Positions 16,071 through 24,000 of a DNA stretch of 24,000 bases are shown one piece after another (position 1 is the stretch's first letter; every line of letters begins with the position of its first letter). The stretch spans positions 1-24,000 of the forward strand of contig CAIOJS010000266.1 in the NCBI GenBank assembly GCA_903858655.1, in the 5' to 3' direction. Under the pieces are notes generated by a model. The model had not been told where the DNA came from. It saw only the letters and a program-made list of their open reading frames with translations, and did no database searches. Both the position numbers and the translations under genes were made by a program. Origin of the DNA: an uncultured bacterium. GTDB lineage: Bacteria; Bacteroidota; Bacteroidia; Bacteroidales; CAIWKO01.

Positions 16071-17513
16071 ATGGAAAACAAAAACGTCCTCGACCAACTA
16101 ACCCAAGGCGAATACAAATACGGTTTCTTCACCGATGTTGAAATGGATTCGGCTCCCAAGGGGCTCAATGAAGACATCATACGCTTTATCTCTGCTAAGA
16201 AAAACGAACCCGAATTCATGCTCGAATTCCGCCTCAAAGCCTACCGCAAATGGCTCACCATGAAGATGCCAGATTGGGCGCATCTCAACATTCCGCCCAT
16301 TGATTATCAAGAAATCATTTTCTATGCCGCGCCCAAAAACACCAAAAAACTCGGCAGCCTCGACGAAGTGGACCCCGACTTACTCAAAACATTCGAAAAA
16401 CTTGGAATCCCCCTCAACGAACAAAAACTCATGTCCGGCGTTGCCGTTGACGCCGTCATTGATAGCGTTTCCGTAAAAACCACCTATCAGAAGGTCTTAG
16501 AAGACAAAGGTATCATATTTTGCTCCATCAGCGAAGCCGTCCAAAACCATCCCGACCTAATTAAAAAGTACTTAGGCTCTGTGGTTCCTTTTGGCGACAA
16601 TTATTTCGCTGCCCTCAATTCCGCTGTCTTCACCGACGGCTCCTTCTGCTACATCCCCAAAGGAACACGTTGTCCCATCGAACTTTCCACCTATTTCCGC
16701 ATCAATGCTGCCAACACGGGACAATTCGAACGCACCTTGCTCATTGCCGACGAAGGCGCCTATGTCAGTTATATGGAAGGCTGCACAGCTCCACAGCGCG
16801 ATGAAAATCAACTGCATGCCGCTGTCGTCGAAATCATCGCCCTCGAAGATGCAGAAGTCAAATACTCCACCGTCCAAAATTGGTACCCGGGCGACAAAAA
16901 TGGAAAAGGTGGCATCTTCAATTTCGTCACCAAGAGGGGCATCTGCAAAGGCAACAGTTCAAAAATATCTTGGACACAGGTCGAAACAGGATCTGCAATA
17001 ACTTGGAAATACCCTAGTTGCATCCTCAAAGGCGACAACTCAGTCGGCGAATTCTATTCCGTGGCAGTCACCAACAACCATCAGCAAGCCGACACAGGCT
17101 CCAAAATGATACATCTCGGCAAAAACTCCAAATCAACCATTATTTCCAAGGGCATCTCTGCCGGAAAAAGCGACAACTCCTACCGCGGACTCGTCAAAGT
17201 TGCCAAAGGTGCCACCAATGCACGCAACTATTCCCAATGCGATTCCCTTCTGATGGGCAGCAAATGCGGCGCCCACACCTATCCCTACATCAAAGTGGAC
17301 AACAAAACCGCCATCGTCGAACACGAAGCCACCACATCCAAAATCTCCGACGACCAACTCTTCTACTGCAAACAACGCGGCATAGACCAGGAAAGCGCCA
17401 TCAACCTCATCGTCAACGGCTATGCCAAAGAAGTCCTCAACAAACTCCCCATGGAATTCGCCGTCGAAGCCCAAAAACTACTCTCCATCAGCCTCGAAGG
17501 AAGCGTCGGCTAA
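16071..17513 (+). CDS. sufB: Fe-S cluster assembly scaffold protein SufB
   Basis: [22 protein letters not shown]..., [47 protein letters not shown] and [21 protein letters not shown] are canonical SufB blocks. The track start at 15906 would overlap murA by 100 nt and adds non-homologous sequence. Confidence 0.95.
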   Translation: MENKNVLDQLTQGEYKYGFFTDVEMDSAPKGLNEDIIRFISAKKNEPEFMLEFRLKAYRKWLTMKMPDWAHLNIPPIDYQEIIFYAAPKNTKKLGSLDEVDPDLLKTFEKLGIPLNEQKLMSGVAVDAVIDSVSVKTTYQKVLEDKGIIFCSISEAVQNHPDLIKKYLGSVVPFGDNYFAALNSAVFTDGSFCYIPKGTRCPIELSTYFRINAANTGQFERTLLIADEGAYVSYMEGCTAPQRDENQLHAAVVEIIALEDAEVKYSTVQNWYPGDKNGKGGIFNFVTKRGICKGNSSKISWTQVETGSAITWKYPSCILKGDNSVGEFYSVAVTNNHQQADTGSKMIHLGKNSKSTIISKGISAGKSDNSYRGLVKVAKGATNARNYSQCDSLLMGSKCGAHTYPYIKVDNKTAIVEHEATTSKISDDQLFYCKQRGIDQESAINLIVNGYAKEVLNKLPMEFAVEAQKLLSISLEGSVG

Positions 17514-17630
17514 AAGCTAAATCAACTCAAAAAATACAACTTGTGACGTTCTAATTCGCAATTTGTAGATTCGTAATTCGTAGTGGCTAACATATCTTAA
17601 TTCAAAGCTCCACTCATTGCCCTGTTAAAG

Positions 17631-18020
17631 CTAGAAATTGAAATGATTAAACGAATGCGTCAATTCTCTAAAAATATCAATCAAACTCAGCAACGCATAA
17701 AGCCCACCACTTACAATTAAAATTATCTTCCACACTTTATTCTTCACAACGAAGGCTAACAACAATGGAATGGCAGCCCAAATCAGTCCAAAGAAATTAC
17801 TCACATACTGCAATGTATGCCAACTCTCCGAACTCATTTTGGAAAAAACCATCCAAAACAACTTCGAAAACATCAAAAAGATACCGATTCCAATAATCAC
17901 ACTATCAGAATACTTTGTATTACCACAACATTCCTGATGTTGCTCTTGCAAATCGCTTCCGCAATTCACACATACCGAAGCATCAGCTTCATTTCCTATA
18001 CCACATTTCTTACAATTCAT
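17631..18020 (-). CDS. Zinc-ribbon domain membrane protein
   Basis: From the ATG at 18020: MNCKKCGIGNEADASVCVNCGSDL (CxxC...CxxC zinc ribbon) followed by 3-4 hydrophobic helices. The upstream extension to 18101 begins with TTG. Confidence 0.7.
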   Translation of the reverse strand: MNCKKCGIGNEADASVCVNCGSDLQEQHQECCGNTKYSDSVIIGIGIFLMFSKLFWMVFSKMSSESWHTLQYVSNFFGLIWAAIPLLLAFVVKNKVWKIILIVSGGLYALLSLIDIFRELTHSFNHFNF

Positions 18021-18292
18021 AAAACTAGATTTAAAAATTAATACTTTTGAAAAGAACCGTAAAGATACACATAAATCTATTCCACAACATTTTTTTTTCA
18101 AATAAAAATTTCTTCCTCTTCAATTAGTCTATATCTTCAAATTGTCATCGGATACGCGAATATTGCCTATGGATACCCTGAAATAGCATTTGACAATAGA
18201 TCCTTCGTGTACTGCCTACCCTAACAAATAAATCATCATCATTGATTTATCCACATATAGCTCCAAAAATCATATAAACGGCACAATCTCGC

Positions 18293-19195
18293 CTAACGAT
18301 TCCTCGAAAAATACTTTTTTAATCGCAATTGCGAAAGCGATAAGCCCAAAATCACCACAAAAATACCAGCTATTTTCAAGGGAGTGAAAGTTTCGCGTCC
18401 CATAAAGTAAGAAAGAGTTGCGGTGAAGATGGGAATTAGGTAAGTGAATATAGATGCTTTCGTAACACCTATCTTTTGTGTGCCAATAGTGAACAAAAAG
18501 AAAGCCATTGCCGAGGCAAATACCGCCAACGACACAATGTTCCACACCAATTCCGAATTTATTTGAACGGTGAAAAAGATATCCATATCAAACAGCAAAA
18601 CTAATGGCAAAAAATAAAAGATTCCGATTACGTTTTGCATGGAAATGATGGTGTAGGCATTATATTTCTTACCAAGCATCTGTAAAATATAACTATACCC
18701 CATAACACTCGCTACGGCTATCATCAAAAACATCAAACCTAAAGGAGATGCGGCAAAATGTAGGTCTTTATTCAACACAACCATCAAAACGCCCAAGAAG
18801 GCAATGAAGATTCCGAAGAAAGTTCCCGATTTGATAGGCTCTTTGGCTAAGAAAAACATGGCAAATGGCACAAACAATGGTATGGTAGAGATGATTATTG
18901 CCGCGACTGTGGGCGCAACATATTTCAATCCATAACTTTCGCCCAAATAATAAATCAAAGGTTCGAAGAATGCCAACAAAAGAAACATGAGGATGTCTTT
19001 GCGCCTGATGCGTTGCAGTTTTCCTAAGATTAATGACAAACTCACCAGAAATAAGGACGCAATCACCAAGCGGATGAACACCGTGGACAGTGGGTTGAGG
19101 TACTTAAACACCGTTTGTGTCCAGATGTAGGAGAAACTCCAAAACACCATGGCGAGGGTGAGCAGTAGATATGTGAATGCCTTATTTATTTTCAT
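18293..19195 (-). CDS. DMT-superfamily (EamA-like) transporter
   Basis: Ten predicted helices in two EamA-like halves (FWSFSYIWTQ..., LGESYGLKYVAPTVAAII..., ASIFTYLIPIFTATLSY...). ATG at 19195; the track start at 19207 is TTG. Confidence 0.85.
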   Translation of the reverse strand: MKINKAFTYLLLTLAMVFWSFSYIWTQTVFKYLNPLSTVFIRLVIASLFLVSLSLILGKLQRIRRKDILMFLLLAFFEPLIYYLGESYGLKYVAPTVAAIIISTIPLFVPFAMFFLAKEPIKSGTFFGIFIAFLGVLMVVLNKDLHFAASPLGLMFLMIAVASVMGYSYILQMLGKKYNAYTIISMQNVIGIFYFLPLVLLFDMDIFFTVQINSELVWNIVSLAVFASAMAFFLFTIGTQKIGVTKASIFTYLIPIFTATLSYFMGRETFTPLKIAGIFVVILGLSLSQLRLKKYFSRNR

Positions 19196-19309
19196 ACAAG
19201 TGCGCAAAAGTAATGAAAAATTTCTTGTTTTTCAGAAGCGGATAACAGAAAAACATCCGATGCACATCCGCTATCTAATAAACAATTCGTATTTTTGCAA
19301 AAAAACTGC

Positions 19310-20410
19310 ATGCCGAACAAATCTAAACATAAGAAACTACCCCCATTATTTGTGATAAAAGCCACGATGGGCTTGCGTAATTTCTTGGTAAAGATTACAA
19401 AAGGAATGTTGCCCGCCAATTTTGTCTTGTTGGAAGAAGCTTCCGCCATTTGGAAGGCAAAATCCATAGCGGTAGCCGCCCAATTAAATATTTCGGACTA
19501 TTTGGAGGAAAAACCCCTGCCGATTTCCCAATTAGCAGCCCTCGCGGAATGCCATGAAGACGCCTTGTATCGTATGATGAGGGCTTTGGCAGGAGAAGGC
19601 ATCTACAAAGAACTTGCGGATAAACATTTTACAAACACTAAGCTCTCGAAAGCCATTCAAACGAAAGAAGATTCGGTGAAGTACTTCGTGATGCATCATG
19701 TGGGCGTGAACAATTGGGATTTGGTGGGCGATTTGTATAATTGTGTGAAGACCGGCGAGAATGCCATCACCCATAAATTCGGAATGGAGCCCTTCGAGTA
19801 TCTGGAAAAGCATCCCGAAAAAAATAATATCTTCAACAAAGCTATGACAGAGACCGCAGAATTGTCGGGAAGCATATTCCTGAATGCATATAACTTCGGC
19901 AAATATAAAAAAATCATAGATATTGGTGGCGGGCAGGGGCATTTGTTGGCGCAGATATTGAGAAAATACCCAGCCACAGAGGCAATTTTGTTCGACCAAG
20001 CACATGTGGTGAGCGATGCACATCTTCTTCTAAAAAAATATAAAGTTGATGATCGTTGTAGCATCGTTGAAGGAAGTTTTTTCTCATCCATACCACCAAA
20101 TGGCGATCTTTATATCTTAAAAAACATACTGCACGATTGGGATGACTCAACATCCGCAGAAATTCTTAAAAATATTCGCGCAGCCATGCTTCCTCATAGC
20201 AAATTACTGTTGATTGAAACTATTATCAAACCAAATAATAAACCTTCGTTTGGCAAGTTTGTTGACTTACAAATGCTTATTGGAACTTCAGGTGGGAAGG
20301 AAAGAACGCTTGAAGAATTTACGAAGCTTTTGACCGAGGCGGGATTCGCCTTCCGACGTGTTATTGAAAATGCCACGCCTTTCAGCTTTATAGAAGCTGT
20401 CACAAATTAA
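19310..20410 (+). CDS. Class I SAM-dependent O-methyltransferase (COMT/Methyltransf_2 type with dimerisation domain)
   Basis: SAM motif IIDIGGGQGHLLAQILRKYP, then GDLYILKNILHDWDD. The N-terminal wHTH-like dimerisation region is AAQLNISDYLEEKPLPISQLAAL. The start is uncertain: ATG at 19310 or 19367, and a TATTTTTG box at 19290-19297 favours the later one. Confidence 0.85.
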   Translation: MPNKSKHKKLPPLFVIKATMGLRNFLVKITKGMLPANFVLLEEASAIWKAKSIAVAAQLNISDYLEEKPLPISQLAALAECHEDALYRMMRALAGEGIYKELADKHFTNTKLSKAIQTKEDSVKYFVMHHVGVNNWDLVGDLYNCVKTGENAITHKFGMEPFEYLEKHPEKNNIFNKAMTETAELSGSIFLNAYNFGKYKKIIDIGGGQGHLLAQILRKYPATEAILFDQAHVVSDAHLLLKKYKVDDRCSIVEGSFFSSIPPNGDLYILKNILHDWDDSTSAEILKNIRAAMLPHSKLLLIETIIKPNNKPSFGKFVDLQMLIGTSGGKERTLEEFTKLLTEAGFAFRRVIENATPFSFIEAVTN

Positions 20411-20426
20411 TTTCTTACGCATAAAA

Positions 20427-22376
20427 ATGAAAATACTCCTGATAAGTCCCGGCTCGCCGGACGAAATTGATAATTTGATTATCCGCCAAATTCCTTATCT
20501 GTTTGCCAAAGCATTTACGGCGCCTCACGCAATCGCCACGGTAGCGGCATTGACACCGCTGGAACACGAGGTTACGCTCCATGATGAATACATGAAAGGT
20601 CCGGTGGACGATTTTTTGCCCGGAACCGACTTCGACATCATCGGGGTGAGCATCACTTCCAATCAACTGCAACGAAGTTTGAAGATAGCACAGTTGTGTA
20701 AGAAATTTTGTCCGAAATCATTATTAGTGGTGGGCGGCATCGGCGTCGAGACGCTCATCTATAAAAATAAGGAAGACATTGATGTGGTTTTTCATGGCGA
20801 AGCGGAAGACACCTGGGGCAGATTTTTGGAGGATTACAAGACGGGCACATATCAGCGGGTGTACAAAAACGTTTCGAAGCCCGACATGACCAAAACTCCG
20901 CCGCCCCGTTGGGATTTGATAGCCAAAGATATTTGCGCTTACAATTCCGTTTCGGTGCAAACCACGCGCGGATGTCCTTACGACTGTAGTTTTTGCGATG
21001 TTATCTATACTTACGGTCGAAAACCGCGCAGCAAATCAATCGAACAGGTGTTGGAAGAAATCCGTCGCTTGAATGATTTGAAAGTGATGATGGTTTTCAT
21101 TGCGGATGATAATTTTGCGGGAGATAGGAAGTATGTGAAAGATCTCTTGCGGCAGTTAATCGTGTTAAACAACTCATTTAAAGTGCCGATGGGCTTCTTT
21201 ACCCAATTAGATATCACGGTGGCAGAGGACGATGAACTGCTGGAGCTGTTAGCCGATGCCAACTTCTATAACTTGATGATAGGAATTGAATCGGTGAACG
21301 ATGATTCGCTGAAGGATATGAACAAAAAGCAAAATATCGGTGTGTCGGCAACGGCGGCTATTAAAAAAATTCAGTCGTATGGCATGGCGGTGTTGGTTCA
21401 CATGATTATTGGCGCAGATTCTGACGATGAAACGGTGTTCGACAAGACCGCAAATTTCGTGCAAGAGGCAAACATCATCTTCCATATATGTCATCCTTTG
21501 GCAGCGCCTCCGGGCACGAAGATGTGGTATGACTATAAACGGCAAGGACGCTTGGTGACCACCGAGCATGAGGAAGCGAGCGACAAAATGGATATCATCA
21601 CCAATATAATTCCCAAGAATTTGTCGCGCATCGAACTGTTTGAGGGGTTGGCTGACTATTGGGATAAGATTTTTGTGCATGATAAGTTTCTCGAACGTGC
21701 GTTGGGCTACGTAAAAGGCATTACCTACACTCCCAAGGCTAAGCCGCCCGGGTTTTCGTCCTTTTGGGCGATGCGGAAAATGATGGGAAGTATGTTTATG
21801 TATTTCATGTTTAAAATCCCTAAGAAAGATCGGCAGACTTTCTTTAAAATTTTGCGCGCTACCGATAAAAAAAAGCTGGGATTTTTGATGCCGAAGATTG
21901 TTTATATGTACACTTTTTTCATTATAGATTGCAAACGCTCTGCGTATGATGCAAAAGTGGCGCGCGAAATGGCACAGTGGGAGCGCGACAATCCCACGAA
22001 GGTGAAAGTGGATTCGTGCGACATCCCCGTTTCGGAGAAAATTCGCGAAAATGGCAAACATCTGGTGGCGGAAGCCTACAAATATATGCGCAGCCACACG
22101 CCCTTGAAAGAAATCATTTATAAAACTATCGTCGCCGCTATGCTCGACTTCAGCGACCGCTTTGGGGATACATTTGAAGGCATGGACGACTTCCATAGAG
22201 AACATATTCGCGACATTTGCGACCGAGCGATGCCCAACGTGATAGCCACAACCGCAGAAACCACAGCAGAATTTCCCGAGCAACAGCCTGCGGGTTTCAC
22301 ACGCGAGATAATGGATGCATTGGACAATGCGGTTCGTTACCGAAATATGTATAAGGAGGAAGTTTTAAGTGCCTAA
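20427..22376 (+). CDS. B12-binding-domain radical SAM protein with DUF4070-like C-terminal extension (649 aa)
   Basis: N-terminal Rossmann-like B12-binding region (KILLISPG...IIGVSITS...LLVVGGIG). Radical SAM cluster motif TTRGCPYDCSFCDV. The long helical C-terminal region is as in class B radical SAM/DUF4070 proteins. The gene starts 16 nt after the methyltransferase. Confidence 0.88.
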   Translation: MKILLISPGSPDEIDNLIIRQIPYLFAKAFTAPHAIATVAALTPLEHEVTLHDEYMKGPVDDFLPGTDFDIIGVSITSNQLQRSLKIAQLCKKFCPKSLLVVGGIGVETLIYKNKEDIDVVFHGEAEDTWGRFLEDYKTGTYQRVYKNVSKPDMTKTPPPRWDLIAKDICAYNSVSVQTTRGCPYDCSFCDVIYTYGRKPRSKSIEQVLEEIRRLNDLKVMMVFIADDNFAGDRKYVKDLLRQLIVLNNSFKVPMGFFTQLDITVAEDDELLELLADANFYNLMIGIESVNDDSLKDMNKKQNIGVSATAAIKKIQSYGMAVLVHMIIGADSDDETVFDKTANFVQEANIIFHICHPLAAPPGTKMWYDYKRQGRLVTTEHEEASDKMDIITNIIPKNLSRIELFEGLADYWDKIFVHDKFLERALGYVKGITYTPKAKPPGFSSFWAMRKMMGSMFMYFMFKIPKKDRQTFFKILRATDKKKLGFLMPKIVYMYTFFIIDCKRSAYDAKVAREMAQWERDNPTKVKVDSCDIPVSEKIRENGKHLVAEAYKYMRSHTPLKEIIYKTIVAAMLDFSDRFGDTFEGMDDFHREHIRDICDRAMPNVIATTAETTAEFPEQQPAGFTREIMDALDNAVRYRNMYKEEVLSA

Positions 22377-22462
22377 AGTTTGGAGTACTTAAAGTTTGCA
22401 GGACGCATACGGCTCCAAATCCAAAAATTTATTTTATTTGCATATCATAAAAGTATTGGCGG

Positions 22463-22498
22463 TTATCACTTTGGCATAATGCTGAAATTGAAGCGTTT
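22463..22498. repeat. Solitary degenerate copy of the left-edge 42-bp repeat family
   Basis: TTATCACTTTGGCATAATG...GAAGCGTTT matches the 1-125 unit TTATCACTTTGCATTAATGAAGATGCGTTT. The match is an exact 11-mer plus flanking similarity with small indels. Confidence 0.55.
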
Positions 22499-22588
22499 CG
22501 AATTCTACTTTCTACAGGATTAGAGCATTTCTAGTCCTTTTCTTTTTTAAAAAAGTGAATTTTCTATAAGTGACGATGGGTCGAAAAA

Positions 22589-22840
22589 CTAAAAAGTAAG
22601 GCAACCAACTACTGTTGGTGTATCCACTTTTTGAAAAGTAAAGGGACCGTCTACTGTTGGTGTGCCTACTTTTTGAAAAGTAAGGCAACCGACTACTATT
22701 GGTGTGCCTACTTTTTGAAAAGTAAGGCAACTTACTACTGTTGGTGTGCCTACTTTTTGAAAAGTAAGGGGACCGACTACTGTTGGTGTGCCTATTTTTT
22801 GAAAAGTAAGGGGACTAACTACTGTTGGTGTGGCGAAAAA
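22589..22840. repeat. Tandem array A: 6 x 42-bp repeats with internal 7+2+7 palindrome
   Basis: ACTGTTGGTG recurs at 22611, 22653, 22695 (one mismatch), 22737, 22779 and 22821, an exact 42-bp period. The unit core is CCTACTTTTTGAAAAGTAAGG (TACTTTT-TG-AAAAGTA). A roughly 9-bp variable patch lies after AAGTAAG. The array is bracketed in phase by CGAAAAACTAAA at 22582 and 22834 (252 bp apart). Confidence 0.9.
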
Positions 22841-22890
22841 CTAAATTTTAGTGGGTTGGTTTATGAGCAATGGAGTGGAAATCTAGAGAA

Positions 22891-23160
22891 CAGACGTACT
22901 CTGTTAACAGACCTTTAATAATTATAAAAAATTAGTCGTACTCTGTTGACAAACCTTGCATGATTTTAAAAAATCAGACGTACTCTGTTGACAAACCCTG
23001 CATGATTTTAAAAAATTAGACGTACTCTGTTGACAAACCCTGCATGATTTTAAAAAATCAGACGTACTCTGTTGACAAACCTTGCTTGATTTTAAAAAAT
23101 CAGACCTAATCTGTTGACAAACCTTGCTTGATTTTAAAAAATCAGACCTAATCTGTTTAA
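22891..23160. repeat. Tandem array B: about 6.5 x 42-bp repeats with internal 7+2+7 palindrome
   Basis: CTCTGTTGAC-type segments occur at 22899, 22941, 22983, 23025, 23067, 23109 and 23151 (42-bp period). The unit is CAGACGTACTCTGTTGACAAACCTTGCATGATTTTAAAAAAT, with the palindrome TGATTTT-AA-AAAATCA spanning the unit junction. The end copies are degenerate. Confidence 0.9.
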
Positions 23161-23336
23161 TGGTATTGAGGATAATTAATAAATTATGGAGAGTTAAAAG
23201 CTTCATTTATAATGAAATTCATTTGTATTGTTGACTCCATAACGAAATATCAATGGCGAATTATGAATCCTTTATCGCGTTAGCAACGCTTTAAAACAAA
23301 ATTCTAAAATCTTAAATCAAAAATCCAAAATTCCTT

Positions 23337-24000
23337 TTAACTCCACACTCCGGCGACTTCCTCTCCACACGAACCGCAGCGTCCATCCAAAAAATTATGG
23401 ATGCGCACGGCATAACCACGGCGTTCCACCAAAATTCCTTTACATTGGGGACAATAGGTGTTGGAAAAATTACCTTGGGGCACATTGCCCAGATACACAT
23501 GCTGTATGCCGGCAAAAATCGCTATCTCATACGCTTGTTGCATGGTCTCCAAAGGCGTGGGACCTACGTGCTGAAGCTGATGAGCAGGATAAAAACGGCT
23601 TAAATGCAGGGGTGTAGTCTGCATGTCTGCCTGATAAAGCCAATCGCACAGGCGCGTAATCATCTCAAGGTCGTCCGTGATGCCGGGGATGAGCAAATTG
23701 GTTATCTCGAGCCAAACATATTCGTTTCTCAAGGCTTTGATGGTGTTCAAAACGGGCTGCAATCTGCCTTCGCACAGCCTTTGATAGGTAGTGTTGCTGT
23801 GACATTTCAAATCTATGTTGGCGGCATCCAAAAAGGGCATCAACTCTTGCAGCGGTTCTTTATTGATGTAGCCATTGCTGATGAAAATATTCTTTAAACC
23901 TTGTTTGCGCGCCAATCGGGCGGTGGCTAACATAAATTCGAAGTAAGTGGTGGGTTCAGTATAGGTGTAGGCGATGCTTTGGCAGTTGGATTTCAGAGCG
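23337..24000 (-). CDS. AmmeMemoRadiSam-system radical SAM enzyme (C-terminal two-thirds; the 5' end lies beyond the window)
   Basis: The reading frame stays open to nt 24000 (...SIAYTYTEPTTYFEFMLATARLARKQGLKNIFISNGY...). LEITNLLIPGITDD, TPLHLSRFYPAHQL and the C-terminal zinc-ribbon-like CPQC...CGSCG are typical of this PflA-like radical SAM subfamily. The internal Met at 23933 is not the true start. Confidence 0.85.
   Translation of the reverse strand, partial: ALKSNCQSIAYTYTEPTTYFEFMLATARLARKQGLKNIFISNGYINKEPLQELMPFLDAANIDLKCHSNTTYQRLCEGRLQPVLNTIKALRNEYVWLEITNLLIPGITDDLEMITRLCDWLYQADMQTTPLHLSRFYPAHQLQHVGPTPLETMQQAYEIAIFAGIQHVYLGNVPQGNFSNTYCPQCKGILVERRGYAVRIHNFLDGRCGSCGEEVAGVWS

Noticed and set aside
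16591-17554. Two plus-strand alternative-frame ORFs (136 aa and 178 aa) inside sufB.
   Set aside because: Their Pro/Ser/Arg/Gln-rich translations are low-complexity. They overlap the strongly conserved SufB frame and are an artefact of the C-rich third positions in sufB.
21249-22283. 344-aa ORF antisense to the B12-binding radical SAM gene.
   Set aside because: It is fully embedded in a motif-supported gene. Its His/Arg/Phe-rich low-complexity translation shows no family signature. It is probably an open mirror frame caused by codon bias.
22379-22419. A 7-bp inverted repeat (TTTGGAG...CTCCAAA) after the radical SAM gene, considered as a terminator.
   Set aside because: The loop of 27 nt is too long and there is no clean T-tract, so it is not convincing as an intrinsic terminator.
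22512-22918. ORFs of 72 aa (minus strand) and 95 aa (plus strand) reading through array A.
   Set aside because: The two overlap on opposite strands, simply because the unit lacks stops in those frames. The plus ORF has only a TTG start, and no promoter-like box was found. A weak coding possibility is kept only as part of the array B ORF finding.
22666-23100. The FLKS peptide motif shared by the array A (plus frame) and array B (minus frame) translations.
   Set aside because: It is a by-product of the T5-6/A4-5 palindromic cores (TTT TTN AAA). The frames are offset by one base relative to the palindrome, so it is not evidence of protein-level conservation.
22589-23160. Possible CRISPR array.
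   Set aside because: The whole 42-bp unit repeats head to tail, with only point differences and a roughly 9-bp variable patch. There are no unique spacers of 25-40 bp and no cas genes in the window.

Overview
This is a low-GC window with no Shine-Dalgarno sites and TAnnTTTG-type promoter boxes. It is most consistent with a Bacteroidota chromosome, but that is an inference and no rRNA or tRNA is present to confirm it. The left half (460-11473) holds 17 co-directional genes in two ArsR-headed, operon-like blocks. Block 1 (460-3789) encodes a small CxxC thioredoxin-fold protein, ArsR, two exported CxxC thioredoxin-fold proteins, a DsbD_2-type membrane protein and an ArsP-type permease with a CSC motif. 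Block 2 (3976-11473) encodes a second ArsR, a secreted protein with a Cys-rich tail, a MacB/FtsX-type ABC transporter, a rhodanese domain lacking the catalytic Cys, LMW-PTP-type ArsC, a Cys-studded mini membrane protein, a CcdA-like protein with vicinal Cys pairs, the mercury-methylation pair hgcA-hgcB, and Acr3. I saw no mer genes, no arsM and no mobility genes. The most interesting content is hgcAB sitting inside an arsenic-type operon, surrounded by uncharacterised thiol-rich envelope proteins. The right half is mostly housekeeping or accessory: a DUF1573 protein, a MauE/DoxX-thioredoxin fusion, murA (Asp variant), sufB without sufCDS, a zinc-ribbon membrane protein, an EamA transporter, an O-methyltransferase plus B12-binding radical SAM/DUF4070 pair, and a partial AmmeMemoRadiSam radical SAM gene. 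A 960-bp non-genic gap (22377-23336) contains two adjacent arrays of 42-bp tandem repeats, each unit carrying a 7+2+7 palindrome. A third 42-bp array lies at the left edge, and a solitary relative of it sits next to the right-hand arrays. All protein calls rest on motif recognition by eye; no database search was run.
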